64,000 bases of DNA, taken from assembly GCA_963784545.1 (NCBI GenBank), contig CAWARQ010000002.1:571512-635511 (forward strand), read 5' to 3'. The notes beneath the pieces were generated by a model that saw only the letters and a list, made by a program, of their open reading frames with translations, searched no databases and was not told the DNA's origin. The position numbers and the translations under genes are program-made. Below are positions 44,307-55,537 of the stretch, piece by piece. The stretch is from an uncultured Actinomycetota bacterium (lineage in GTDB: Bacteria > Actinomycetota > Actinomycetes > Propionibacteriales > Nocardioidaceae). Within the stretch, counting starts at the first letter, position 1; each line of letters starts with the position of its first letter.

Positions 44307-46604
44307 GTGAAGAAACTGGCTACCAGCCTGCTGGCTGGCACGGCCGCGTTGGCGCTGGGTGCAGCCGCACTCCCATCCGCGTCCGCCTCCCCCACCAGCG
44401 ATTCGCCGCGGTCCGGCGCTTCCTCCCACCGGACCGACAACCGGCCAGGTCCGCTGACCAGGAAGCAGGACCGGTTGCGCACCAAAGCGCTCAGCCTCCT
44501 CGACAACGGCTCCGCCACCATGAAGCGGCAGCCCGGCGGCGGCGCGACCGTCGCGATGCCGAAGGGTCCAAGCGGCAGCGGCGCCTCGTCCTACGAGTTC
44601 CCGGTGAACCGCACCGACAAGATCTTCACGATCCTGGCGCAGTTCTCCGACCTGCCGCACAACAGCATCCCGCAGCCCGACCGCTCGGTCGACAACTCGA
44701 CGTACTGGGAGCCGGACTTCAACCAGACTCACTACAACGAGATGTTCAACGGCTCTACCGGTGGAGGGGGCGAGTCCTTCCACGACTACTACCGGCAGCT
44801 CTCCAGCGGCCGCTACGACGTGAACGTCGGCGTGAGCGACTGGGTGACCGTGCCAGGCGCCGGCTCGTCGTACGGCAGCAACCCGCACGAGGACGAGGGC
44901 GGCAGCTGGGACTACATCTCCGACGCCGGCAACGCCTGGTACGCCGACCAGGTCGCGCAGGACAAGACGCCGGCCCAGATCCGGCAGGAGCTGTCGCAGT
45001 ACGACCAGTGGGACCGCTACGACTACGACGGTGACGGCAACTTCAACGAGCCCGACGGCTACATCGACCACTTCCAGGCCATTCACTCCGGTGAGGGCGA
45101 GGAGGCCGGTGGTGGCTCGCTCGGCGAGGACGCCATCTGGTCGCACCGGTGGTACGTCAACCGCGGTTTCGGCAGCACCGGCCCCGACGACGGCGGGCAG
45201 TTCGGCGGCACCGAGATCGGTGACTCCGGCATCTGGATCGGCGACTACACCGTGGAGCCGGAGAACGGCGGCCTCGGCGTCTTCGCGCACGAGTTCGGCC
45301 ACGACCTCGGCCTGCCCGACTACTACGACACCGCAGGCGGCGAGAACAGCACTGCCTTCTGGACTCTGATGTCCTCCGGCTCGTGGCTCAGCCACGGCGA
45401 GGAGGCCGGCGACGGCATCGGGACGACGCCGGGCCTGATGGGCCCGGAGGAGAAGTACGAGCTCGGGTGGCTCGACTACTCGGAGGTCGACCCGGGTGAG
45501 AGCGCGACGGTGAACCTCGGGCCGGCCCAGCACACCTACGACGACCCCTCCACGCAGGCCAACGAGGCCGACCAGGCAGTGAAGGTCAACCTGCCGGACA
45601 AGGCGACCACGATCGACTACGTCACCCCGCTCGCGAGCGGCCACGCCTGGTGGTCGGGGCGCGCGGACAACCTGCAGAACACCCTGACCCGCGAGGTGTC
45701 GACGAGTGGCAGGACGACGGTGACCGCCAAGGCCTGGTACGAGATCGAGTCCGGCTACGACTACCTCTTCGGGGAGTACTCCACCGACGGCGGGAAGAGC
45801 TGGACCACGATCGACTCCGTCACCGGCAGCTCCGGTGGTCGTTGGAAGAGGCTGCGCTACAGCTACAAGGCGCACGACCCCTCGCTGTTCCGCTTCCGCT
45901 ACGCCACCGACGGCGGAGTGAACCTGGCCGGCGCCTTCCTGGACAGCATCGCCGTCAAGACTCCTTCGGGCACCTTCACCGACGGGGCTGAGAACGGCGC
46001 CAACGGCTGGACGGCAGACGGCTGGAAGATCTCGACCGGTGTCGAGACCAAGACGACCAAGCAGTACTACCTGATGGAGAACCGTCAGTACGTCGGCTAT
46101 GACGACACGCTGAGCACCGGGCCGTACCAGTTCTGCTGCGCATACACGATGCCGAACTGGGTGGAGTTCTTCTTCTTCCGACCCGGCATGCTCGTCTGGT
46201 ACGTCGACCTCGCCCAGGCCGACAACAACACCTCGGCGGACCCGGGCCGCGGGGCGGTCCTGCCCGTGGACTCCTACCCGGAGCCGTTCAACTACCCGGA
46301 CGGCACGATGCCGAGCAACCGGCGGCAGCCGTTCGACGCGACGTTCGGCCTCGGGACGAACCCGAGGACGTGCCTGCACAAGGAGGTCCTCGTAGGCAAG
46401 GGTCAGAAGGCGAGCGTCCAGACCCTCGAGGCGTGTGCACCCGAGCGTGCGCAGAAGGCGACCTTCCTCGACAGCCGCGAGGACGCGTACTGGTCCTCGG
46501 CGAACCCCTGGGGCTCGACGAAGCTGCCCGGCTCGGGCGTTCGGGCGACCGTCACCGCCGAGAGTGCGAACCACTTCCTCACGGTGTCGGTGACCAACCC
46601 CTGA
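44307..46604 (+). CDS. Immune inhibitor A (M6) family secreted metalloprotease
   Basis: Signal peptide; EPDGYIDHFQAIHSG, AIWSHRW, HEFGHDLGLPDYY, WTLMSSGSW; GTG 44307. Confidence 0.92.
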   Translation: MKKLATSLLAGTAALALGAAALPSASASPTSDSPRSGASSHRTDNRPGPLTRKQDRLRTKALSLLDNGSATMKRQPGGGATVAMPKGPSGSGASSYEFPVNRTDKIFTILAQFSDLPHNSIPQPDRSVDNSTYWEPDFNQTHYNEMFNGSTGGGGESFHDYYRQLSSGRYDVNVGVSDWVTVPGAGSSYGSNPHEDEGGSWDYISDAGNAWYADQVAQDKTPAQIRQELSQYDQWDRYDYDGDGNFNEPDGYIDHFQAIHSGEGEEAGGGSLGEDAIWSHRWYVNRGFGSTGPDDGGQFGGTEIGDSGIWIGDYTVEPENGGLGVFAHEFGHDLGLPDYYDTAGGENSTAFWTLMSSGSWLSHGEEAGDGIGTTPGLMGPEEKYELGWLDYSEVDPGESATVNLGPAQHTYDDPSTQANEADQAVKVNLPDKATTIDYVTPLASGHAWWSGRADNLQNTLTREVSTSGRTTVTAKAWYEIESGYDYLFGEYSTDGGKSWTTIDSVTGSSGGRWKRLRYSYKAHDPSLFRFRYATDGGVNLAGAFLDSIAVKTPSGTFTDGAENGANGWTADGWKISTGVETKTTKQYYLMENRQYVGYDDTLSTGPYQFCCAYTMPNWVEFFFFRPGMLVWYVDLAQADNNTSADPGRGAVLPVDSYPEPFNYPDGTMPSNRRQPFDATFGLGTNPRTCLHKEVLVGKGQKASVQTLEACAPERAQKATFLDSREDAYWSSANPWGSTKLPGSGVRATVTAESANHFLTVSVTNP

Positions 46605-46630
46605 CCGGGAGCACCACCTTCGCACGACCC

Positions 46631-46660
46631 GAGGGGCTCTGCCGGAAGGCAGGGCCCCTC
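46631..46660 (+). terminator. Hairpin terminator after the M6 protease
   Basis: GAGGGGCTCTGCC-GGAA-GGCAGGGCCCCTC. Confidence 0.6.
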
Positions 46661-46679
46661 GGCCGATAGGGTGAGGCAC

Positions 46680-47318
46680 GTGACCAGTTCGGACAGCCAG
46701 GTCGACGCGCAGCGTCCCCGTGGTGGGCGGCTGCCCCGCAAGGAGCGCCGCGAGCAGCTGCTCGGGTCTGCGCTCGAGGTCTTCGTCGCGCAGGGCTACC
46801 ACGCCGCCGCGATGGACGACATCGCCGAACGCGCCGGGGTCTCGAAGCCGGTGCTCTACCAGCACTTCCCGGGCAAGCTGGAGCTCTACCTGGCCCTGCT
46901 GGACCGCTCGTGCGACCAGGTCATCGAGAACTGCCGCGTCGCGCTGGAGTCGACCTCGGACAACAAGCTCCGGGTCGAGGCCGCCATGCGCGCCTTCTAC
47001 GACTACATCGCCGGCGACTCGGGTGCCTTCCGGCTCGTCTTCGAGTCCGACCTCACCAGCGAGCCCGCCGTACGCACCGCCATCGACCGCGTCACCACCG
47101 AGTGCGCGGCCTACATCGCCGCCGTCATCCACGACGACACCGGTCTCCCGGGGCCGGCGGCTCGGCTGCTGGCGGTGTCGCTGGTGGGAATGGCGCAGGT
47201 GTCGGCGCGGTTCTGGCTGGCGGACAGCGGCGACATCAGCAAGGCCGACGCCGAGACGCTGGTCAGCGGACTGGCTTGGCGCGGCATCGGCGGGTACCCG
47301 CTGAACGAAGACCACTGA
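46680..47318 (+). CDS. TetR/AcrR family regulator
   Basis: GYHAAAMDDIAERAGVSKPVLYQHFPGK; GTG 46680, 7 nt after TAGGGT. Confidence 0.92.
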   Translation: MTSSDSQVDAQRPRGGRLPRKERREQLLGSALEVFVAQGYHAAAMDDIAERAGVSKPVLYQHFPGKLELYLALLDRSCDQVIENCRVALESTSDNKLRVEAAMRAFYDYIAGDSGAFRLVFESDLTSEPAVRTAIDRVTTECAAYIAAVIHDDTGLPGPAARLLAVSLVGMAQVSARFWLADSGDISKADAETLVSGLAWRGIGGYPLNEDH

Positions 47319-47377
47319 CCGAGGTTCTGGCCTGGAATTCTGGGCCCAAGTTCCGGTCGAAACTCTGAGAGGGAGAC

Positions 47378-47596
47378 ATGGAGATCAAGATCGGCGTGCA
47401 GTACTCCAGCCGCGAGCTCGTGCTGGAGGTCGACGAGACGGTGGAAGCGGTGGAGAAGCTCGTCGCCGCGGCCGTCGCCGACGGAGGCGTTCTCACCCTC
47501 GACGACACCAAGGGCCGACGCGTCCTCGTCCCCGCCACCCAGCTGTCGTACGTCGAGCTGGGCACCGGCACCATCGGAACCGTCGGGTTCCGCTGA
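47378..47596 (+). CDS. DUF3107 domain protein
   Basis: MEIKIGVQYSSRELVLE...LDDTKGRRVLVPA..YVELG pattern. Confidence 0.88.
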   Translation: MEIKIGVQYSSRELVLEVDETVEAVEKLVAAAVADGGVLTLDDTKGRRVLVPATQLSYVELGTGTIGTVGFR

Positions 47597-47614
47597 CCTC
47601 ACAGGAGGGTTCTC

Positions 47615-47914
47615 ATGGGCTTCTTCGGCATCATCGGCCTCATCATCGGAGGCGCGATCATCGGCTTCCTCGGACGGGTGGTCGCTCCGGGCGACCGCGA
47701 CAAGATCCCGCTGTGGCTCACGATCCTGTGCGGCATCGGCGGGATCCTGCTCGGCAGCTTCCTCTACTTCGCGGTGTACGGCGGCTCGCGCGGTCACGAC
47801 GACATGTTCGACACCAGCCGAGGCTTCGACTGGTGGCGGCACGTGTGGGAGATCGTCACCGCCGCCGTGCTGGTGATGGTCGCTGCGACCGCCACCGGCC
47901 GCAGCAGGCGCTGA
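47615..47914 (+). CDS. GlsB/YeaQ/YmgE family stress-response membrane protein
   Basis: GAIIGFLGRVVAPG...TILCGIGGILLG. Confidence 0.82.
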   Translation: MGFFGIIGLIIGGAIIGFLGRVVAPGDRDKIPLWLTILCGIGGILLGSFLYFAVYGGSRGHDDMFDTSRGFDWWRHVWEIVTAAVLVMVAATATGRSRR

Positions 47915-47926
47915 CCGTCGGGCGGG

Positions 47927-48652
47927 TCAGGCCTCGAGACCGAGGCCTGACATCCGCTCGGCGTGCCGCTCGGTGATCCGGGTGAACATGCGGCCGATGG
48001 CCGCGAGGTCGAGGCCCGGACGGTCGACGCCCCCGGCCAGGAGCGAGGACAGGGCGTCCCGCTCGGCGGCGACGCGCTGCGCCTGGGTGAGGGCCTCCCC
48101 CATGAGCCGCCGCCCCCAGAGGGCCAGCCGCCCGCCCAGCTTGGGGTCCGCGGCGATCCCGGCCCGGACCCGGTCGACGACGAACGCCGACTGACCGGCG
48201 TCCTCGAGCGAGGAGACGATCAGGTCGCGCGTGCGCGTGTCCAGGTACGCCGCGATCTCGCGGTAGAAGTCGGCGGCCATGCCGTCGCCCACGTACGCCT
48301 TCACCAGCGACTCGTACCAGTCGGCCGGGGTGGTGCGCTCGTGCCACTCGTCGAGGGCACGCGTGAACGGAGCCATCGCCTCGTAGGGGTCGGTTCCGAG
48401 CTCGGTGAGCCGGTCGGTCAGGAGCTCGAGGTGGCGGAACTCCGTGGTGGCCATGCGGGCCATCGCGACCTTGTCGGCCAGCGTGGGCGCCGACCTCGCG
48501 TCCTCCGCGAGCCGCTCGAACGCGGAGATCTCGCCGTACGCGATCGCGCCGAGCATGTCGATGACGGCCTGCTTGTACTCCGGGTCGGCGAACACCTCCG
48601 GGGGCGGGGAGAGCGACTGCTCCGTGGACTCACCGCTCGGGGATTCAGGCAC
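47927..48652 (-). CDS. Ferritin-like fold protein (MiaE-like)
   Basis: LGAIAYGEISAFERLA, DWYESLVKAYVGDG, LALWGRRLMGEAL; conserved neighbour of the DEAD-box helicase. Confidence 0.85.
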   Translation of the reverse strand: MPESPSGESTEQSLSPPPEVFADPEYKQAVIDMLGAIAYGEISAFERLAEDARSAPTLADKVAMARMATTEFRHLELLTDRLTELGTDPYEAMAPFTRALDEWHERTTPADWYESLVKAYVGDGMAADFYREIAAYLDTRTRDLIVSSLEDAGQSAFVVDRVRAGIAADPKLGGRLALWGRRLMGEALTQAQRVAAERDALSSLLAGGVDRPGLDLAAIGRMFTRITERHAERMSGLGLEA

Positions 48653-48818
48653 GTGCGCAGCCTACCGATAGGCTCAGGGGTGACCGGCCACTCGAGGTCT
48701 GTCCCGTATGTGCGCGGCTCGTCTGTTGAACTCGTGAGTGATCGGGCCGCATCGGATCCGAAAAGCACCGGCTGCACCGCCCTGCGCGGCCCGGCCGACC
48801 ACGAGAGAGAACAGAACA

Positions 48819-50306
<1,488 letters not shown>

Positions 50307-50317
50307 GCCGTCTCCGG

Positions 50318-51013
50318 CTACACCACGACGACGTGAGTGCCGACCGGCGCGAAGTCCCACAGGGCGATCGCGTCGGCCGTGCGCTGACGGATGCATCCGT
50401 GCGACTGCGGCGTGCCCAGGTCCCGCACGCTCTGCAACGGCTCCCCGAGCCGCGTCGGGATCGTGTGGAAGCCGATCGTGGACCGCGTCCCGTGGGCGAA
50501 CCGCACGTAGTACTGCATGACACCGGAGTCGTCGACCCCGACGGCCCAGCGTGACTTCGAGTAGACCTCGTACGAGCCCGGGTCGAGGTTGTCCAGGAGG
50601 CTCCCGGAGACCAGGTAGGTACGGCTCACGGTCTCGTCGGAGTCGACCAGCCACACCCGCTGGGCGGCCTCGCTGAACACGATCCGGCGGCCGGTTCCCG
50701 AGTCCGCCGGGAGCGCGGTCTCGTCGCCGTGCCGGGCGTCGACCTGACCCGAGGCGCGCGAGCCCGACCTGCTCGCGGCCGGGGCGCCCTGGATCGGCTG
50801 GCTGGTGGAGCTGGAGGTCTCCGCGGTCGTCCCCCGGTCGACCAGCGCCGCCGGGTCGAGGGCTTGCTGGACGGGGGGTCGGTGCTGGGTCCCGGCGGTG
50901 GACGGCAGCAGCCCCACCCCGCCGATCAACGACAGGACCGTCACCGCGACCGCTGCCACCAGCGCCGTCAGCCGCCCGTAGCGGGGGCGGACCTGCGCGC
51001 GGTGGCTGCCCAT
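50318..51013 (-). CDS. L,D-transpeptidase (YkuD domain)
   Basis: N-terminal TM helix; IGFHTIP...QSHGCIRQ catalytic motif; ATG 51013. Confidence 0.85.
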   Translation of the reverse strand: MGSHRAQVRPRYGRLTALVAAVAVTVLSLIGGVGLLPSTAGTQHRPPVQQALDPAALVDRGTTAETSSSTSQPIQGAPAASRSGSRASGQVDARHGDETALPADSGTGRRIVFSEAAQRVWLVDSDETVSRTYLVSGSLLDNLDPGSYEVYSKSRWAVGVDDSGVMQYYVRFAHGTRSTIGFHTIPTRLGEPLQSVRDLGTPQSHGCIRQRTADAIALWDFAPVGTHVVVV

Positions 51014-51015
51014 GG

Positions 51016-51795
51016 TCAGCGCCCTGCCCGGGCCATGAGGTTGGCCGCCACCTCGCGGTAGGCGGTCGCGCCCTTGCTGCTCCGGCTGGTGGCGAGGATC
51101 GACCGGCCCGCGGCCGGAGCCTCGGCGAACTTGATGGTCTTCGGGATCGGCGGCTCGATGACGTCGAGACCGTAGGTCTCCGAGATCGTCTCCAGCACCC
51201 GGCGCGCGTGGTTGGTGCGGCCGTCGTACAACGTCGGGAGCACGCCCCACACCTCGAGGTCGCGGTTGGTGAAGCGGCGGACGTCGTGGACGGTGTCGAG
51301 CAGCTGCCCGACGCCGCGGTGCGACAGGGTCTCGCACTGGAGCGGGATGAGGACACCGTCGGCGGCGGTGAGTGCGGCGACCGTGAGGACGCCCAGGCTC
51401 GGCGGGCAGTCCAGCAGGATCCAGTCGTAGACGAGGTCGTGCTCGTCGAGCAGCTCCAGCGCGGCGCGGATCGCCTGCTCGCGCCCGGTGCGGGTGAGGA
51501 GGTCGGCCTCGGCGCGGGCGAGCTCGATCGTGGCGGGCAGCAGGTCCACGCCGTCGTCGGTCTGGAGGAGCACCTCGCCGGGCGCCAGCCCCTTGGTCAG
51601 CACGTGGTGGATCGAGACCTCGAGGTCCTCGGGGTCGATGCCGAGGGAGAACGTGAGGCACGCCTGCGGGTCCAGGTCGACCAGCAGCACCTTCTGGCCG
51701 AGCTCGGCCAGCGCCGCTCCCAGGGAGGCGACCGAGGTCGTCTTGGCGACGCCGCCCTTCTGGTTGGCGACGGCGAGGGTGGTGGTCCGGGTCAT
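51016..51795 (-). CDS. ParA/Soj family ATPase
   Basis: ANQKGGVAKTT, VDLDPQ, LDCPPSLG. Confidence 0.92.
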   Translation of the reverse strand: MTRTTTLAVANQKGGVAKTTSVASLGAALAELGQKVLLVDLDPQACLTFSLGIDPEDLEVSIHHVLTKGLAPGEVLLQTDDGVDLLPATIELARAEADLLTRTGREQAIRAALELLDEHDLVYDWILLDCPPSLGVLTVAALTAADGVLIPLQCETLSHRGVGQLLDTVHDVRRFTNRDLEVWGVLPTLYDGRTNHARRVLETISETYGLDVIEPPIPKTIKFAEAPAAGRSILATSRSSKGATAYREVAANLMARAGR

Positions 51796-51856
51796 GGTGC
51801 TGCCCATCATGCCGGACCGGGTTGGCGGATCGCCGCAACCCCGGTTTGCTGGACCC

Positions 51857-52630
51857 ATGAGTTCCTCCCCCCACTCCGGCCGTACCTCCCTGGTCACCGG
51901 CGCGACCGCCGGGATCGGCCTGGAGTTCGCCCGCCAGCTCGCCGCACGCGGGGACGACCTGGTGCTGGTCGCCCGCGACACCGCCCGGCTGGACGAGGTG
52001 GCCGAGGACCTGCGGCGCGGGTTCGGCGTCGAGGTCGAGGCCCTGAGCGCCGACCTGGTCGAGGCGGGCCAGCTCGCGACCGTCGAGGCGCGGCTGCTGG
52101 CGACGGACCGGCCGATCGACCTGCTGGTCAACAACGCCGGCTTCGGGCTCAAGCAGCGCTTCCTGGACAACCCGGTCGAGGCCGAGCAGGCCATGCTCGA
52201 CGTCCTGGTGACCGCGGTCCTGCGGCTGAGCCACGCAGGCCTGCGCGCGATGACCGAGCGCGGCAGCGGGGGGATCATCAACGTCAGCAGCGTCGCAGCG
52301 TTCCTCCCCCGCGGCACCTACGCGGCGGCGAAGGCCTGGGTGAACTCCTTCAGCGAGTGGGCGCACCACGAGTACGCCGACCGCGGCGTCGTGGTGATGG
52401 CGCTCTGCCCCGGCTTCACGAAGACGGAGTTCCACCAGCGGATGGACGTCACCCGCGGCACCGGCTTCATGTGGCTGGAGCCGGAGTTCCTCGTCCGCCG
52501 GGCTCTGGCCGACTTCGACAAGGGCCGGGCCTACTCGATCCCCGGCGCGCAGTACCGCACCATCACCGCCCTCACGCGGCTGGTCCCCAACCGCGCGCTC
52601 CAGGCCTACCAGTCCATCGGGCGGCGGTAA
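51857..52630 (+). CDS. Short-chain dehydrogenase/reductase
   Basis: LVTGATAGIG, VNNAGFG, NVSS, YAAAK. Confidence 0.92.
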   Translation: MSSSPHSGRTSLVTGATAGIGLEFARQLAARGDDLVLVARDTARLDEVAEDLRRGFGVEVEALSADLVEAGQLATVEARLLATDRPIDLLVNNAGFGLKQRFLDNPVEAEQAMLDVLVTAVLRLSHAGLRAMTERGSGGIINVSSVAAFLPRGTYAAAKAWVNSFSEWAHHEYADRGVVVMALCPGFTKTEFHQRMDVTRGTGFMWLEPEFLVRRALADFDKGRAYSIPGAQYRTITALTRLVPNRALQAYQSIGRR

Positions 52631-52660
52631 CCGCAGCCGGGTTCGCCCGTTGGACCGGGC

Positions 52661-54217
52661 ATGCGTCGATGCCTCCCGAACCTGTCGGCCGTCCTCCTCT
52701 GCGCGGTCATCGCGCTGGCGCTGAGTGCCACGGCGTACGCCGTCCCCGGCCCCGCACGCCAGTCCGCGCCCATCCCCCAGGGTCCGGGCGCGGACGCGCC
52801 TGCGGCCTACCTCGGCGCGCCGGTCGAGTCCCGGCCGATCCACCGCGGGTCCTTCGCCCCGCGCCATCCCTTCATGGCCGCCAACGGGAGCAGCAACCTG
52901 CACGACGACGCCTACCAGTCCGATGCGGGGACCAGGCCCGGTCCGCTGGGACGCGATCCCCAGGTCGTCTCGAACTTCTTCTCCGAGGAGTGCGCGAGCC
53001 ACACCTTCGACCGCGAAGGCCGACTCGTGACGGTGTGCGTGGGTCTCGAGGAGGTCACGCTGCGGATGCTCGACCCGCAGACCCTCGACGTGCTGGCGGA
53101 GTATCCCCTGCCGCCGCGGCAGCCCTCCAGCACGCCGTTCAGCTCCTTCGGCGGCGGCGGCTACTTCTACCTCGACCAGCGTGACCGGGTCGTCGTCCCC
53201 ACCTCGCAGGGCACCATCGAGGTGATCAAGGAGGCCGGCACCGACGCTGCGCCGGCCTTCGCGCCGGTGCGCAGCTACGACGTGTCCGCGGCGGTCGGCG
53301 ACTCGCTCGTCCTCTCCGCGTTGCCGGACTGGCACGGGCGCCTGTGGTTCGTCACCGGCTCCGGTGTGGTCGGCATGGTCGCCCGGCACAGCGGCAAGGT
53401 CCGCGCGGTGGACCTGCACGAGAAGATCGGCAACTCCTTCGCCGTGGACGAGACCGGCGGGGTGCTGATCGTCTCCGACGACGCGCTCTACCGCTTCCAC
53501 GCCCGGCACCGGCGGCCGGCGGTCACCTGGCGGCGACCCTACGACCACGGCGACCGGCAGAAGCCCGGCCAGACGCAGACCGGCTCCGGCACGACCCCGA
53601 CCGTGGTCTCGCGCCACGGACGGCGGTTCGTCGCGATCACCGACAACGCCGACCCACGCATGCACGTGCTCGTCTACCGGATCGGGCACCGGGAGCCGGT
53701 CTGTCGGGCCCCGGTCTTCGGCCGTGGGACGTCCGACACCGACAACTCCCTCGTCGCCTTCGGCAGCTCGATCGTGGTGGAGAACAACTACGGCTACACC
53801 GGACCGCAGGAGCAGCCGCCCGCCCCCACGCCCGAACGCCAGACGCCGACGACCGAGCCCGGCGTGACGCGGATCGTCGTCGACTACCGCCACGGCGGCT
53901 GCCGCCGGGCGTGGACCGCCGACGTGCGGGTGCCCTCCAGCGTCTCGAAGGCCTCGACCCGGACCGGCCTGGTCTACGTCTACGAGCACCCCGCCGCCGA
54001 GGAGGTGGACTACCCCGAGGGGGAACCGCCCACCGGACCGCAGGACCCGTGGTACCTCACTGCCCTCGACGCCCGCACCGGCCAGCGACGCTGGTCGGTC
54101 CGGACCGGGGTCGGCCTCGGCTTCAACAACAACTACGCACCCATCACCCTCGGCCCCGACGGGACGGCGTACGTCGGCGTGCTGGGCGGGATCGTGGCGG
54201 TCCGGGACACCCCGTAG
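52661..54217 (+). CDS. Secreted hypothetical protein (probable beta-propeller)
   Basis: Signal peptide; beta-rich repeats; C-terminal LTALDARTGQRRWS...PITLGPDGTAYVG. Confidence 0.7.
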   Translation: MRRCLPNLSAVLLCAVIALALSATAYAVPGPARQSAPIPQGPGADAPAAYLGAPVESRPIHRGSFAPRHPFMAANGSSNLHDDAYQSDAGTRPGPLGRDPQVVSNFFSEECASHTFDREGRLVTVCVGLEEVTLRMLDPQTLDVLAEYPLPPRQPSSTPFSSFGGGGYFYLDQRDRVVVPTSQGTIEVIKEAGTDAAPAFAPVRSYDVSAAVGDSLVLSALPDWHGRLWFVTGSGVVGMVARHSGKVRAVDLHEKIGNSFAVDETGGVLIVSDDALYRFHARHRRPAVTWRRPYDHGDRQKPGQTQTGSGTTPTVVSRHGRRFVAITDNADPRMHVLVYRIGHREPVCRAPVFGRGTSDTDNSLVAFGSSIVVENNYGYTGPQEQPPAPTPERQTPTTEPGVTRIVVDYRHGGCRRAWTADVRVPSSVSKASTRTGLVYVYEHPAAEEVDYPEGEPPTGPQDPWYLTALDARTGQRRWSVRTGVGLGFNNNYAPITLGPDGTAYVGVLGGIVAVRDTP

Positions 54218-54223
54218 CCGGGC

Positions 54224-54829
54224 TCAGCCCTGGCCGGCGATGAAGGCCCGCACCGAGTCGGCGACCAGCTGCACCGCGATCGCCGACAGCAGCAGACCGG
54301 CGATCCGGGTGACCAAGAGGACCCCTGACTCCCGGACCAGCTTGAGGATCGGCAGGCTGTAGCGCATCGCGGCCCACAGGGCGAGGTGCACGGCGATCAC
54401 GCCGAGCGCCACGGCCGTGAAGGCGCCGAACGAGTGGATCTGCTTGACGAACAGCATGGTCGCGACGATCGCCCCCGGCCCGGCCAGCAGCGGCGTGCCC
54501 AACGGCACCATCGCCACGTTGGTCCCGACCACCGCGGTCTGCTCCTTCTCGTTGCCGGTCAGCAGCTCGAGGGCGACCAGCAGCAGGAGCAGCCCGCCGG
54601 CCCCCTGCATCGCCGGCAGCGAGATGTGCAGGTAGGTCAGGATCTGCTGGCCGAAGAAGGCGAAGATGCTGATCACCAGGAAGGACACCGCGACCGCCTG
54701 CCACGCCGCGCGGCGGGCGTACGACGTCTTCTGCCCCGCGGTGAGCGAGAGGAAGATCGGCACCGTCCCGACCGGGTCCATGATGACGAAGAGGGTCACG
54801 AAGACCTCCACGAGCAGCACGGTGTCCAC
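54224..54829 (-). CDS. MarC family membrane protein
   Basis: LFVIMDPVGTVPIFL, VPLGTPLLAGPG, VTRIAGLLLSAIAVQ; GTG 54829. Confidence 0.92.
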   Translation of the reverse strand: MDTVLLVEVFVTLFVIMDPVGTVPIFLSLTAGQKTSYARRAAWQAVAVSFLVISIFAFFGQQILTYLHISLPAMQGAGGLLLLLVALELLTGNEKEQTAVVGTNVAMVPLGTPLLAGPGAIVATMLFVKQIHSFGAFTAVALGVIAVHLALWAAMRYSLPILKLVRESGVLLVTRIAGLLLSAIAVQLVADSVRAFIAGQG

Positions 54830-54890
54830 GGTGGTGGAATCTACCGTCGTGCCGGCCCGCCCGCGGGTGTCGGCGTGGTGGTGATCCCGC

Positions 54891-55506
54891 TCACCAGGGC
54901 GGGCGCGGTCCGTCGAAGGGCATCTCCACCAGCGGCGGGCCGACCCCCGAGACGTCGCGCAGGATCCACTCGTCGCGCAGCAGCAGCATCGCCGAGGCCG
55001 GTCGCATGACGATCCAGAGCCAGCGGCCGCCGGCCTCCCCGGCGAAGACCGAGCGGTCCCACTCGCCCGCGACCTCGCTGACCGACACCGGCCACAGCGG
55101 CACGCTCTGGCGCCCGATCCGCACGCGCACGGCCGGTGTGGTCGAGGCCCACGACGGGGCCGGGGTCGCCACCGGTCAGCCCGGCGCACCGGGCCCCCAG
55201 GCCGACGCCGGCCTCCTCGGCGACCACGATCGCGTCCACGGGGCCGTCGAGCTCGCTGGTGCCGGACACGCAGGTGAGCGTCGCCAGCGGGCCCTCGACG
55301 TGTGCGAAGTCGGTCACCGACCACCCCGGGCTCATCGGCCACGGCAGGTAGGTCGGGAAACGGCCCGCTCCCTCCAGGTGGAGCGTGAACGCCTCGTACG
55401 ACGACACCTCGGGCCGACGCAGCGCCGGCTGCGCGCCGTGGTCCCCGCAGGCACCGTCGTCGGCCAGCAGCCGAGGACAGCGGGGGCACCACGCCTCCAG
55501 AGCCAT
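54891..55506 (-). pseudogene. Frameshifted conserved actinobacterial hypothetical gene (DUF6758-like)
   Basis: N-half (CPRC...TYLPWPMSPGW...GGDPG) and C-half (PAVRVRIG...AGEAGGRWLW...MPF) are in different frames. One extra base near 55146 joins them. Confidence 0.7.
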
Positions 55507-55537
55507 GGCACGAGGGTTCCGGTGCGAGCGGGGAGCG

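Noticed and set aside
51016-51795. ParA as a sign of a plasmid or prophage
   Set aside because: No ParB, replicase, integrase or phage genes; orphan ParA/Soj genes are common in actinobacterial chromosomes.
50318-53989. 1223-aa minus-strand ORF as one giant protein
   Set aside because: Only the last 231 aa (from ATG 51013) form an L,D-transpeptidase. The rest overlaps ParA out of frame and lies antisense to the SDR and secreted-protein genes.
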